This document shows positions 51,688-62,375 of a stretch of DNA of 64,000 nucleotides, in pieces. The notes beneath the pieces are model-generated. The model was not told the DNA's origin. It saw nothing but the letters and a program-made list of their open reading frames with translations, and made no database searches. The stretch covers positions 704,001-768,000 of the forward strand of contig CBDDDZ010000005.1 of the NCBI GenBank assembly GCA_965226795.1. The letters are read 5' to 3'. The stretch is from Candidatus Latescibacterota bacterium (GTDB taxonomy: Bacteria; Latescibacterota; UBA2968; GCA-2709665). How positions within the stretch are numbered: the first letter of the stretch is position 1; the number at the start of each line of letters is the position of its first letter. Position numbers and translations under genes: made by a program.

Positions 51688-52095
51688 CTGGTCAGAATGC
51701 CCCCGTCGAAGACGGCTTCCACCTGTTTGCCCAAAAGACTTGCGAAAGACATCCTGTGATGTTTATCTTGAACATACACGGTAGTTTCCCCCCAGTTCAT
51801 TGTTGTAAGGTTATTTGCGTAACCATAATATAATACAATGACTTGGGTAAGGAAACTACCTTTTTTGTGAATTATTCAGGCTAAGTGGCATCCGCCCGCA
51901 TTCCGGAGTCACTTTTATCATCTTCCATTTGCATGCTGGCACGGCTCGGTTGCCGGAATCCCCACTGACGGGAGTCGCGTTCGATTGTAAAAGCGTTTCG
52001 TCCCTGTACGGGGCTGGGTAGGTCCGATTGCAGCGTCACAACACGGCGGCCGAAAATCGGTTGAAATTCCGGTTGGACGCCAGGAGGTGTCGGCT

Positions 52096-52923
52096 ATGAA
52101 GCTTGCGGTGTGCAATGAGTTTTTCGAAGGCTGGGAGATCGAGCGGGTGTTCGACTACGCCGCGCGTATCGGATGCGACGGAGTGGAGATAGCGCCGTTC
52201 ACCCTGGCCGAGTCGGTCCACGACATTTCATCCGCCAGGAGGGCGAACATTCGCCGTGCCGCGAAAACGGCGGGTGTGGAGGTCGTGGGGCTGCACTGGC
52301 TGCTGGTAAAACCCGACGGGCTATACATCAACCATCCGGATCGGCAGGTCTGGCAACGCACCCAGGACTATGTGAAGGCGCTGATCGATTTCTGCGGCGA
52401 CCTCGGGGGAAGCGTAATGATCCACGGCTCGCCGCAACAGCGGAATATCCAGGAGGGATGGAATGCTGACGACTGCTTCGCCAGGGCGGCGGAACTGTTT
52501 TCCGGATGCGCGGACTTGATGGCCGACCGGGAGGTGACGTATTGCATCGAGCCGCTTACGGATGAGGAGACCAATTTCGTGACCAGTGTGGCCGAAGCCT
52601 TGACGCTGGTTGAGGCGGTGGGACATCCTAATTTCCAGACGATGGTCGACTGCCGGGCGGCGGCCACGGAGGCCAAATCCCATACCGAGGTAATCGCCCA
52701 GGCGGGACAGGCCATGCGGCATGTACATGTAAACGACCCCAATCGGCGTGGACCCGGATTCGGCGAGCTTCAGTTTGCGCCCATCCTGAAGGCGCTGCAG
52801 GATCTGCGTTACAACGGGTATGTATCGGTAGAAGTGTTCGATTTCGATCCGGATCCGGAAACGATCGCCGCACGCAGCATAGGCTACCTGGAGGGAATTC
52901 TAGAGGGCCTTGCCACCGGATGA
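52096..52923 (+). CDS. Sugar phosphate isomerase/epimerase (TIM barrel, D-tagatose 3-epimerase-like)
   Basis: GVEIAP, IEPL..ETNF, HVHVND, SVEVF. Confidence 0.88.
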   Translation: MKLAVCNEFFEGWEIERVFDYAARIGCDGVEIAPFTLAESVHDISSARRANIRRAAKTAGVEVVGLHWLLVKPDGLYINHPDRQVWQRTQDYVKALIDFCGDLGGSVMIHGSPQQRNIQEGWNADDCFARAAELFSGCADLMADREVTYCIEPLTDEETNFVTSVAEALTLVEAVGHPNFQTMVDCRAAATEAKSHTEVIAQAGQAMRHVHVNDPNRRGPGFGELQFAPILKALQDLRYNGYVSVEVFDFDPDPETIAARSIGYLEGILEGLATG

Positions 52924-53045
52924 GACCCCGGGGGTCAAGCCGGACGGCCGACGCCGTCTTGCATCCCGATCATGAGGTTACGGCCATACGCATAGAGGGG
53001 ACTTCCGGTAGTAATGAAGTTCCACCCCGGTAGATCCGGGCGGGA

Positions 53046-54482
53046 TCAGAATTCTCCCGTGTTTTCTTTCGCAATGGGTGTGAGGCGCAGTACCGTTCCG
53101 GGGTTGTTCAGTACGACGTAGATGGCGCCGTCCGGCCCGCTGGCCACGTCGCGCACGCGGCCGGCATTCTTGAGGATGGTTTCCTGGTAGATCACTCGGT
53201 CGGTTTCAACCGTGAGCAGACGGACCTCCTCATACGCGAGGGCGCCGACAAGCAAACGGTTCTTCCACCGCGGGAAAAGGTCGCCGCGATAGAAGTCGAT
53301 GCCGCACACGGCGATGGAGGGCCGCCAGAACAGGACGGGTTGTTCCAGGCCGGGTTTGCGCTCGAACTCCGAGACGAGGGTCCCGTTGTAGTTTCGGCCA
53401 TAGGTGATTGCCGGCCAGCCGTAGTTTATTCCTGCCCGGATGAGGTTGATTTCATCGCCACCCATGGGTCCGTGCTCGCTTTCCCATAAAGCGCCCGTAA
53501 CCGGATGCACCGAGAGTCCCTGCGGGTTACGCTGGCCAAAGCTGAATACCGTGGGGAGGGCGCCTTTCCGCTCCAGGAAGGGGTTGTCATCGGGAATCCG
53601 GCCGTCCCGGTGGATGCGGTGGATTTTGCCGCCGGGCCGGCTCAGGTCCTGCGCATGACGGGGAATCCCGCGGTCTCCGACCGGGAAGTAGAGATAGCCC
53701 GCCGGATCGAAAACGATGCGGCACCCGTAGTGGTGCCGGGTTCTGCCATAGGTCTCGTTCGGGGCTTCGTAGATGATCTGCTGATCGGTCCATGAGTTGT
53801 TTTTCAGACGACCCCGTACGAGGCGTGTCATGGCGGGCGGACGGTCGCTATTGGCGGTGTCCTTCAACGCATGGCTGTAGGACAGGTAGATCCAGCCGTT
53901 TTCCGAATAGGCGGGATCGACGGCCACATCCATCAGCCCGCCCTGCCCCTGGTGCAGAACCTGTGGTGTATCCGACACCGGTTCGGGCCGAAGCACGCCG
54001 TTCTTCACCACGCGAAGCCTCCCGGGTCGCTCGGTGATGAGTGCGGTGGCCGCATCCGGAAAGTCTATTGACCAGGGTATCCGCAGGCCTTCCACCCAGC
54101 GTTGAACGCGGATTCGGTAGTCGTAGGTTTCGAGGGTGTCCGGTATGGGCGGTCTTGTGGCGCCTGCGGATTTTTCGATCTCCCTGATATAGGCCGAGAT
54201 GGCGTTGATCTGGCCCCCGGTGAGCAGTTCTCCGAATGCTGGCATTCCCTGCTGGACGATGCCGAACCTGATGTTTCGAGCGATGTTCCCGCGTCCGCCG
54301 TATATCCAGACGCCGTCAATCAGACTGGGCGCGCTTCTGCCCTCCAGGTTCTGCCCGTGGCAGGCTGCACAAACCTGTTCATAGAGGGTCTGGCCGTCTG
54401 AAGACGAATCGCCGCCCGCAATTGGGGGGCTGCAGAGGACGCACAAGGCGCACAGCAGGAAGAAGCCTGACACTCGTAGCAT
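53046..54482 (-). CDS. Cytochrome c fused to PQQ-dependent glucose/sorbosone dehydrogenase
   Basis: Signal peptide, CAACH..MP, QGGLMDV, RNPQG, EHGPMGGDE, NYGWP, GRVRDV. Confidence 0.9.
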   Translation of the reverse strand: MLRVSGFFLLCALCVLCSPPIAGGDSSSDGQTLYEQVCAACHGQNLEGRSAPSLIDGVWIYGGRGNIARNIRFGIVQQGMPAFGELLTGGQINAISAYIREIEKSAGATRPPIPDTLETYDYRIRVQRWVEGLRIPWSIDFPDAATALITERPGRLRVVKNGVLRPEPVSDTPQVLHQGQGGLMDVAVDPAYSENGWIYLSYSHALKDTANSDRPPAMTRLVRGRLKNNSWTDQQIIYEAPNETYGRTRHHYGCRIVFDPAGYLYFPVGDRGIPRHAQDLSRPGGKIHRIHRDGRIPDDNPFLERKGALPTVFSFGQRNPQGLSVHPVTGALWESEHGPMGGDEINLIRAGINYGWPAITYGRNYNGTLVSEFERKPGLEQPVLFWRPSIAVCGIDFYRGDLFPRWKNRLLVGALAYEEVRLLTVETDRVIYQETILKNAGRVRDVASGPDGAIYVVLNNPGTVLRLTPIAKENTGEF

Positions 54483-54607
54483 GAATTCTCCTTTGAGACT
54501 GTCGAAATGTGGTCATTGCGTGCGTTGACGCTTGACGAAACGAGCTTGTCGAAGCGCCCGCGTTTCGTTACCCCCGTGTAACAGCCCGATAAAAATCCGA
54601 GGAATCC

Positions 54608-55636
54608 ATGGCAGAACCGCTACAACCGGTAGGCGTCGCCGTTATCGGCCCGGGCAGGATGGGCGGTCTTTACGCTCGAATCCTCCATCAGTCGGCGCTG
54701 ACGAGGCTGGTTGCCGTCTGCGGCCAGAGGGAGGTCACCGCCCGGAAGGTGGCGACTGAAATGGGGGTGCCGGTCTATACCGGGGCCCGCTACCGCGACA
54801 TGCTCTCAGACCATCCGCAGATTGAAGCGGTCGTTGTGGCCACCTCCGAATGGGCGCACGCGGACCCCGTTGCGGCCTGTCTGGAGTCCGGGAAGCACGT
54901 CCTTGTAGAAAAGCCGATGGCGACGTCTCCTTCAGACGCCGTCCGGATGGTGCGTGAAGCGGATCGGAACGGCGTGCAACTTATGGTATGCCACAGCCTG
55001 CGTTTCGACCCCCGGTTCGCCGCCATGCGTGAGGCGGTCGTCCGCGGCGAAATCGGCGAAGTTCTCCACCTGTACAGCCGCAGATCCTCGCAACCCGCCG
55101 CCGTGGACAGGGCGCTCGGCCGATTTCCGCTGGCCTATTGGCTGCTGCCGCACGATATCGATCTGGCGCTCTGGACGTCCCGAAGCACGGTTGTGCGGGT
55201 GATGGCCTTCGCGCGATCCGGCGGGCGGCGCCGGCAGGATCTGATCGTTGTCGTCCTAACCTTCGACTGCGGCGCGGTTGCCGTTCTGGAAAACGTATGG
55301 GGATCGCCCGTCCGTGGTGGACGGCCTCAGAACCAACTCTTCACCGTACGCGGCACGGCCGGGGCCGCGGAGGTCCTTCCGTACGAGAACGGTCTCGCGA
55401 TTTACGGCGCCGCCGGCGTCGAGTATCCCGATACGTCCGTCGCACCCGACGTTCAAGGTCAGACGGAGGGTATGTCTCGTTCCCTGATCCGGCACTTCGC
55501 GGGGGTGGTACGGAACTTGTGGAAGCCGCTGATTACATCCCGGGACGGACTGGCGGTCGTCCGGATCGCCTCTGCGGTCGATGCCTCGCTGAAGGAGGGC
55601 CGCGAAATTACCATTTCACCGATGGGGGATGCATGA
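54608..55636 (+). CDS. Gfo/Idh/MocA oxidoreductase
   Basis: GPGRMG, HVLVEKPMA, HDID. Confidence 0.9.
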   Translation: MAEPLQPVGVAVIGPGRMGGLYARILHQSALTRLVAVCGQREVTARKVATEMGVPVYTGARYRDMLSDHPQIEAVVVATSEWAHADPVAACLESGKHVLVEKPMATSPSDAVRMVREADRNGVQLMVCHSLRFDPRFAAMREAVVRGEIGEVLHLYSRRSSQPAAVDRALGRFPLAYWLLPHDIDLALWTSRSTVVRVMAFARSGGRRRQDLIVVVLTFDCGAVAVLENVWGSPVRGGRPQNQLFTVRGTAGAAEVLPYENGLAIYGAAGVEYPDTSVAPDVQGQTEGMSRSLIRHFAGVVRNLWKPLITSRDGLAVVRIASAVDASLKEGREITISPMGDA

Positions 55637-56016
55637 TCCGATCGATCGAGCATATCGCAATTGTTGCGGCCGATTCCAACACGCTCGCCCTGTGGTACTG
55701 CGACATCCTTGGCTTTGAGATGATCCTTGAAAACGACGAAAGCCAGACCTATTTCTTGCGCCTTCCAGGCGGAGGCATTCTGGAGTTCCTGCCGTCAAAC
55801 GACCTGCCGCCCGCGGAGAGCGCCGCCGACGACGCGGGCATCCGGCATATTGCGTTCTCCGTGGACGACTTCGATTCGGCGTGCCGGATGCTGGAGGACC
55901 GTGGCGCCGCATTTGTCGGGCCGTACCGCGAGACGTCTACAGGAACCCGGTTCAACTTCCTGGCGGATCCCGAAGGCAATCTGCTGCAGATTGTGTACCG
56001 GCCTGAGCCCTTGTGA
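55633..56016 (+). CDS. VOC/glyoxalase family protein
   Basis: IEHIAI, LEF, RHIAFSVDD, DPEGNLLQ. Confidence 0.88.
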   Translation: MIRSIEHIAIVAADSNTLALWYCDILGFEMILENDESQTYFLRLPGGGILEFLPSNDLPPAESAADDAGIRHIAFSVDDFDSACRMLEDRGAAFVGPYRETSTGTRFNFLADPEGNLLQIVYRPEPL

Positions 56017-56067
56017 CATCGGGGCCGACCGTATTGACGGGCGCGCCGGATCCGATACTCGACCGAT

Positions 56068-57150
56068 TCAATCCTTACGTTGATATTTCGGCTGCCGGGG
56101 CGTCCTGTTTCTTTGCAGTCGGTACCGGCTCCCAATCAGCGGCAATTCGACCCTTGCCCCGCCCCGGACATGCGATTCGACAAACGCGAAGATAAGTTCG
56201 GTATTGGCGCGCGCCGTTCTGACGCCGCCGCGCGGCGGTTCGCCGGTGTCCAGCGAGTGGACGAGGTCTTCGATCAACCGAACGGTTGAACTGGCAGGCT
56301 CGAAGGCCGGAAATTTTCGCGGTGCCAGCACAGACCGACCGCGATGGTCCTCGGCGCCATGTTCGCGCACGTGCCATTCCTTGCCGTTGCTCGTGCCCGT
56401 GACCACGCCGCTGTCGCCCACCGCCTCCACTTCCATGCCTCTTCCTGAATTCAGCGCGTATGCGGTAACGCCGTTTTCGAATTGCAGGATGCCGTGTCCG
56501 ACCGGGTCCTCAGTCAGGCGTTCGCCGTCGATCACCTGATCCCCGTTTGGCAGATGGGCCTGAACCCACAACACGGGATTGTCGCTGTTGAGCCTTGTGA
56601 GCGCGTCGAAGCTGTGACTGGCTCCATTAAAGAGTGGGCCGGTCTGATGGACGATCAGCGACCGCAACCGGCCTATCCGTCCGTTGTCGATCACGTCCTT
56701 CATCGCGTCGTATCCAGGATCCCAGCGCCGGTTGGTGCCCATGTTGAAAATCGCACCGTTACGCTCGAGTGCATCCACCATCGCGTCCGCTTCGTCGAGC
56801 GATGCGGCCATGGCCTTTTCTCCATAGATCGCGCGGACCCCCCGGTCGGCCGCATCGACGACGATTTCAGCGCGCTGCTCGGGCTGGGTTGCAACGCTGA
56901 CGATATCGGGGCGCTCGCGTTCGATCATCTCCTTGTAATCGAAGTACTGCTTGTCGTCAGGCACGCCGTAGCGGAGTCCGACCTGTTTCATCGCATCGCC
57001 GCGTAAATCCGAACAGGCGATCATTTCCGTACGGTCGCACGCCTCGTATCCCGCCGCATGCGAATAAGCGCCAAAGGAATCCGGTACTTCGTTGTCGATA
57101 AAGGCTCCCATTCGACTACACCCGATCAGCGCGGCCCTGTAGATTTTCAT
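56068..57150 (-). CDS. Gfo/Idh/MocA oxidoreductase
   Basis: ALIGCSRMG, PDIVSVAT, GEKAMA, HSFD. Confidence 0.88.
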   Translation of the reverse strand: MKIYRAALIGCSRMGAFIDNEVPDSFGAYSHAAGYEACDRTEMIACSDLRGDAMKQVGLRYGVPDDKQYFDYKEMIERERPDIVSVATQPEQRAEIVVDAADRGVRAIYGEKAMAASLDEADAMVDALERNGAIFNMGTNRRWDPGYDAMKDVIDNGRIGRLRSLIVHQTGPLFNGASHSFDALTRLNSDNPVLWVQAHLPNGDQVIDGERLTEDPVGHGILQFENGVTAYALNSGRGMEVEAVGDSGVVTGTSNGKEWHVREHGAEDHRGRSVLAPRKFPAFEPASSTVRLIEDLVHSLDTGEPPRGGVRTARANTELIFAFVESHVRGGARVELPLIGSRYRLQRNRTPRQPKYQRKD

Positions 57151-57540
57151 GGTTTTACTCTCCACCTTATTGACGGGTTTCTGTCCGAGCCCAGAGGGAA
57201 TTTTCAGGTTCGGCCAAGCCGAAACCCGCGCCGCATCGGAGTCCCCGAAAACTCGATCAGGCGTTTCCATGCGCGGGGTCGCCAATATTCGACCTTCGGG
57301 CGGGGATGTCAAGGGCAAACGACTGAAAGGGACCGGCAATGCCACCCGGAATCAGCCGCTCAAGAATGCGCCATATCTCCCGGAATGACCCTTCGCCCGC
57401 GTTGAACCTCGATCAGCCCGGCCTCAAAGCGGTCCTTGAGGCGGCCGCGTGCGCGCCGCTGGAAGGATGCCTGTTCCGCCTTGGGGGGCGCCCCCCCTGC
57501 TTTGCGGTGAGAAAAACCGGGAGAAGTCCCGTGGATCGTT

Positions 57541-58025
57541 TTGAGCGGCACCCAGGCGCTGGATGCCGTCGCGCATCAAGCGACCGCCGAGACCATTCGG
57601 GCATTCGAGGAGACGGGTTCGCCCGTCATCAGCGACGGCGAACAATGCAAGTTCGGCGGTTTCGACTTTTATTGCCTGCACGGAGCGGATAATATCGCTC
57701 CCGATGGCATAGAGGTTCGGTTTTCGGATGGTCACAGCCGGCAACTTCCGCGTCTGACATCCGGACGCTCATCCGACCCGCTCACCGCGTCTTCGTCGGC
57801 GTTATCGATGCGATCAATCCCCGCGTGGAGTCGCCCGAGGAAGTGAGAGACCGCGTTGTGGAGGCGGCCAGATACATACCGACAGCGCGTCTGGGCACAA
57901 CGGACGATTGCGGTTTTTCGCCCTTTGCGGATGACCTGTCCACCTCCCGCGAACTGACATTTGCCAAAATCCGCGCGCGGGTGGAGGGTACACGGCTCGC
58001 GGAGGATGCGCTCCGGGGAGCCTGA
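57541..58025 (+). pseudogene. Cobalamin-independent methionine synthase-like (core MetE) remnant
   Basis: N-part ISDGEQ..GHSRQLPRLT joined out of frame to C-part FVGVID..VESPEEVRDR..TDDCGFSPF..AKIRARVEG; middle and start missing. Confidence 0.75.
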
Positions 58026-58124
58026 AAACGACGGGTCGTCGCCTGTCAATATATGCGGCGCGTGAGCGGGAAGCCCGGGCGAATCGGCGGCCGCCGGAAG
58101 CAGCGGTACGATCCCACATTCCGC

Positions 58125-58153
58125 TTGACTTCGCCCCTGATTTCGTATAGATT
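58125..58153 (+). promoter_or_regulatory. Promoter upstream of tRNA-Val
   Basis: TTGACT-17-TAGATT. Confidence 0.55.
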
Positions 58154-58286
58154 TACGTTTTGGAAAAACAAATGGGATGGAGCCGTCGATACGAAATGAC
58201 GCCAGTCCCGCCTGTGGAATTCCAATGGACCTCGAATTGGTTGTGTCCGGTTTCCGGGTGCTTTACATGACCGGTTTGCAATGGAT

Positions 58287-58363
58287 GGGCGATTAGCTCA
58301 GGTGGTTAGAGTGCTTGCTTGACATGCAAGAGGTCACTGGTTCGAGTCCAGTATCGCCCACCA
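58287..58363 (+). tRNA. tRNA-Val(GAC)
   Basis: GGGCGAT/ATCGCCC acceptor stem, CTTGC-TTGACAT-GCAAG anticodon arm, GTTCGAGTC, CCA; hairpin at 58381-58410 follows. Confidence 0.97.
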
Positions 58364-58671
58364 TTTTTTACTGAAATTAAAAGGCTTGCGATAAGAATAT
58401 CGCAAGCCTTGTTTCGTTTTTATCAGTCGCGTTCCAATATCCCTTTCTGGATGAACCATGGCGGGAACGACCCGGCATGCATCCATCGTGAAAGGAATAA
58501 CGACCTGCGTGCGGATCGAGTCTCGGGGCAAACCACCTGTGATGCCCGAAACCGTTGAGTTCCCGGCAGCGGATGTTTTTCGTCGTTGTGCTTGCTTTGG
58601 CAGTCGCATTTCAGTACGATACCGCCAAGCCGTCGCCAGGTCGGGAACCATTGGCTTTAGCGAGAAAACCC

Positions 58672-59862
58672 ATGGTCACCTCGGCAGGAGGAACAGGGTC
58701 TGTGCAGGAAACAAGCCAGCAGGAAGCGCGGTGTTCCGAAGATCTGAACACGTCGCCGTTGGGCTACGGGAGCGCGATTTTCAACAGGAGGAAGTTCGTT
58801 CAGGTACTCAACGATATCCACGGTCAGACGGATGTGGATGCACTGCGCAAAAGAACGTTGAGTGTTCGTAACGTCGTCGAATCTCCTGAACGCAGTTCTG
58901 ACGGTTTCTCGGAACCGAGTCCGGGGCGCGATACCGTTTCGTTGCGAAGGGATGTGCTGGTTTCGGAACTGAATCAGATCCTGGAGGCACGGACGATTGA
59001 ACGCGCAAGGTATTACGTCAATCGGTTGCGTGACGGCGTCCAGAAGGTCAGGAAGATGGAGATAAACGACATCAATCTCCTGCGGTGGAAGGAGTATGAG
59101 AACGTCGTCACGGACAGCTTATGGGTTATTGACCGGCGGGATTCGTCCGGCGGACATCTCGGATGGTATTGGGGCAACTTTGTCCCCCAGATACCTCAAC
59201 AGATGATGCTCCGATACACCCGCCGGCAAGACTGGGTGATCGATGCATTCGCGGGCAGCGGTACGACGCTGATCGAGTGCAGGCGGCTCGGGCGGAACGG
59301 CATTGGGCTGGAACTCAATAAGGGAATCGCTGCGGAGGCTGAAAAGCTCGTTGACACAACACGCAATGACGACGAAGTGACAACGAAAATCGTGGTTGGC
59401 GACAGCCGAAAGATCGACATTCGCGGCGCACTGGAGAAGAATCGCGTCAAGCAGGTGCAGCTTCTGATCATGCACCCCCCCTACCACGACATCATTCGAT
59501 TTTCCGACGACAGCGGTGATCTTTCGAACGCCGGGAGCACGGAGCGATTTCTTCAAATGTTCGGTCAAACGGTGGATAACCTGACACCGTATCTGGAGAC
59601 CGATCGATACTTTGCTCTGGTCGTCGGAGACAAATATTCCAGGGGCGAGTGGATGCCGCTCGGGTTTTATTGTATGAATGAAGTGCTCAGGAGATCCTAC
59701 GCGTTGAAGAGCATCGTTGTCAAGAATTACGACGAAACCAGATCCAAACGACACCAGGCGGAACTCTGGCGATACCGTGCCCTTGCCGGCGGTTTCTACG
59801 TTTTCAAGCACGAATACATATTTATTTTCAGGAAAACCGGCGACGCGTCAACCCGTGTCTGA
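58672..59862 (+). CDS. N4/N6 DNA methyltransferase (orphan)
   Basis: DAFAGSGTT (motif I), HPPY (motif IV), HEYIFIFRK; start uncertain (58555 or 58672). Confidence 0.85.
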   Translation: MVTSAGGTGSVQETSQQEARCSEDLNTSPLGYGSAIFNRRKFVQVLNDIHGQTDVDALRKRTLSVRNVVESPERSSDGFSEPSPGRDTVSLRRDVLVSELNQILEARTIERARYYVNRLRDGVQKVRKMEINDINLLRWKEYENVVTDSLWVIDRRDSSGGHLGWYWGNFVPQIPQQMMLRYTRRQDWVIDAFAGSGTTLIECRRLGRNGIGLELNKGIAAEAEKLVDTTRNDDEVTTKIVVGDSRKIDIRGALEKNRVKQVQLLIMHPPYHDIIRFSDDSGDLSNAGSTERFLQMFGQTVDNLTPYLETDRYFALVVGDKYSRGEWMPLGFYCMNEVLRRSYALKSIVVKNYDETRSKRHQAELWRYRALAGGFYVFKHEYIFIFRKTGDASTRV

Positions 59863-60492
59863 TTCTTTCCTGCGTCGTCTCAAGGCATCGGGAGTCTGGT
59901 CGTCTCAGGAAGTAAGCCTGCGACACGTATGTTTGCAGAAAGTATACGAAATTACCTGACGACACCGTCCATGACATAATAAGTCTGCACTTGCGACAGG
60001 AAAAACAGTGATTCCGAACCCGACGGCTGCAACCGCGGGCGGCACGTCCGCACCTTCCCAATCGGGGCACGGATTTGGCACGGCGCCTGTCTTTCTCGCG
60101 TCGATCAGCACGATCCTCGGGGCCATCCTGTTCCTTCGATTCGGATACGCCGTTGGCTCATGCCGGTCTTTGGGGCAGTCTTATGATCGTCGTTCTGGGT
60201 CATCTGGTGACTATCCCCACGGTCCTGGCGGTGTCTGAGGTTGCGACCAACCGTCGCGTGGCCGGTGGGGGAGCATACTACATCATCAGCCGGTCGTTCG
60301 GCACAAGTATCGGCGGTTCGATCGGTATAGCACTGTACCTTTCCCAGGCGATATCGGTCGCGTTCTACCTGGTCGCGTTCGCAGAGGCGTTCCAGCCGGT
60401 CTACGAGTTGGCTTCCTCGACCTATCAGGTTAACGCCGATCCACGTTGGGTGAGTCTGTCCAGTGCAATCCTGCTCGTCGTACTGATGCTAG

Positions 60493-62375
60493 TCCTTTAA
60501 TAAGCGAGTTTCGTTTGCGGCACATCGATCTGTGTTTGTGGTGAGGCGTTGGTGTCGATTTATATGGAATTGGCGTTTTGGATGGTTTTTAGGGCGGTGT
60601 TTGTCGTGGTCGCTATCGTGAATTGAGTATCCGAAGTGTCGGTCAGGCGCGTGGTGGACACACCGGTGCGTTGAGGGGTGTGGGGATGGCGCGGCGTGTG
60701 TGTGTCATCGGTCGTGCTGCATGGGTGTTATCCAAATCCGGTGCGTTCAATGATACGCCAGGTGCTGAAGAGGCGATTGAGGGTGGGTTGATAGCCGATG
60801 AGGCGCAACGTGGTGGTGTGCGCGCGTTGGATGACGTGGCAGGGAATCAAGATGATGCTGTGGATGAAGCGCCGGAATTCCATGCGGACGTACTGCTGTC
60901 GGTCCAGGTGTCGGTGCATCATCATGGCAAACCAGGATTTGAGGTTCCAGGCCAGGGCGGCGATGACCATGTAGGCCCAGTTGCTGACCAGGTCATACAG
61001 GGGCACGCGCAAGGCGTTGACGCCGTTTTTGAGTTGCTCGATGACGTTCTCCTGATCGCAGCGTTGGTTGGCACAGGCGACGATCTCGGCGGGGCTTACG
61101 TCCGTGCGTGTCGTGATATAGAAGAAATAACGGCATTCGTCGAACAGGACAAGGTCGCCCTTCATTTTGCTGATGTTCTTGCGCAGAACCACGACGCGAT
61201 ACACACGTTTACAGCGCGTGGGTTGGTAGTTGAACTCGGCCACGTGTTCGTGGTTGAGGACCAGGTTGGCGTAGGCCCGTTTGCGGACGATGCGCTGTTT
61301 CTCGTGGGGCTGATTGCGCTTCCGCTTCTGGTCGGTCACGGTGTGATAACGGGGTTTGCGTTGCAGGGGCTGCCATTGTGCCTCGTCGAGGGCCTCAGCA
61401 CGGGAACGCATCGTCGCGTTGGCGTCCATCCCGAAGATGAAGTCGACGCTTTTGGCCCATCGATCAAAATGTCGGGTCAAGGAAAAGTCGGTGTCGCCAC
61501 GTACACAGAGGCGCTTGGCGTGGGGCTGCACCAGCGCCAAGGCCGCGTCGATCCAGGGTGCCGCACCGGTGTGGCTGGGCACATTCCCCGGTCGGTTGAC
61601 CAGGAAGAGCACTTCCTTCGTGTTGGCCAGTGAGATCACCAGCGGATGGTAGCCCCAGATGCCCTGGTAAGAGATGTCCATACCCCTCTTGCGCTTTCCA
61701 TACGTCGGCACGTTTGTGCCGTCCACGTCGATATAGGTGATGTCACAAAGCAATTTGCGGCCACGCGATGCCCACAAGGAGGATCGCACCGCGTTGATGC
61801 ACGCCATCAGTTCGACGATGTCCCGTTCCGAGAAGCGTCGGCAAAAGTCACCCGCCGTGGTCGGATCGGGAATCAACTGAGCACCCAGGGCATTCATGTA
61901 GGCCCCGTCATGTCGCAAACGCTCGATATCCTCCAGGCGCGTGCCGCCGCACAACACGTTGTAAGCGATGTTGAGCACGTGGTCCGACTCATGATAGGGC
62001 AGATGCACCTTCAACAGGGACAGCGACGCGTCGATGCGCTTGGGCAGTCCCAGCTTGGTGACCAGGCGATGCACGGCGCCGATGCCTCCGTAACTCATCG
62101 CGTCGGTGTAGGCGCCCACCTCGTAGTGCACTTTGCCAGGGCTGAACATGGGCCGGGGCTGCGCCTGCCAATGCCCCGCTCGACCGTGGCGGGCGGCCAC
62201 TTTGCGTTTGCGACGAGCACTGTTCCTGCGGCTGTCATCAACCGATATTCTTTTCACCGGAAAGGTCTCCTGCGTTGGAGTGATGATTTCTAGCGCAATC
62301 CATCTATCTCCAACAACGGTAGGCCTTTCCGGTCTCTTGGACCAGAAAAATCTCACCATCACGCTTGTTTAAGGG
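60493..62375 (-). mobile_element. IS1380-family insertion sequence
   Basis: Imperfect IRs TCCTTTAATAAGCG / CCCTTAAACAAGCG; CTAG(T) duplicated at 60489 and 62376; excision restores LMLVKGAG. Confidence 0.92.
60728..62257 (-). CDS. IS1380-family DDE transposase (intact ORF)
   Basis: PDPTTAGDF, IDVDGT, RGDTDF, RCDQENVIEQLK. Confidence 0.92.
   Translation of the reverse strand: MKRISVDDSRRNSARRKRKVAARHGRAGHWQAQPRPMFSPGKVHYEVGAYTDAMSYGGIGAVHRLVTKLGLPKRIDASLSLLKVHLPYHESDHVLNIAYNVLCGGTRLEDIERLRHDGAYMNALGAQLIPDPTTAGDFCRRFSERDIVELMACINAVRSSLWASRGRKLLCDITYIDVDGTNVPTYGKRKRGMDISYQGIWGYHPLVISLANTKEVLFLVNRPGNVPSHTGAAPWIDAALALVQPHAKRLCVRGDTDFSLTRHFDRWAKSVDFIFGMDANATMRSRAEALDEAQWQPLQRKPRYHTVTDQKRKRNQPHEKQRIVRKRAYANLVLNHEHVAEFNYQPTRCKRVYRVVVLRKNISKMKGDLVLFDECRYFFYITTRTDVSPAEIVACANQRCDQENVIEQLKNGVNALRVPLYDLVSNWAYMVIAALAWNLKSWFAMMMHRHLDRQQYVRMEFRRFIHSIILIPCHVIQRAHTTTLRLIGYQPTLNRLFSTWRIIERTGFG

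Larger units (their letters stand above)
50340..51800 (-). pseudogene. IS1380-family transposase, frameshifted by palindromic insertions
   Basis: GYEDANDC..LR.DP, LASQPTMSRFEN, LDIDDT, LRGDSHF, YCGRG, EANHFRL spread over three frames. Confidence 0.9.
48233..51880 (-). mobile_element. IS1380-family insertion sequence carrying a group II intron
   Basis: 13-bp perfect terminal IRs CCTGAATAATTCA (48233-48245 and 51868-51880) enclosing an IS1380-type transposase; flanks TTAA / CTAA. Confidence 0.85.

Noticed and set aside
48229..51884. Perfect target-site duplication for the first IS1380
   Set aside because: Flanks are TTAA and CTAA (3 of 4 match), so mutation or recombination between copies cannot be distinguished
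57340..57540. GC-rich hairpins (GGGGGGCGCCCCCC) upstream of the metE-like remnant as a riboswitch
   Set aside because: No SAM or cobalamin riboswitch core motifs recognisable by eye
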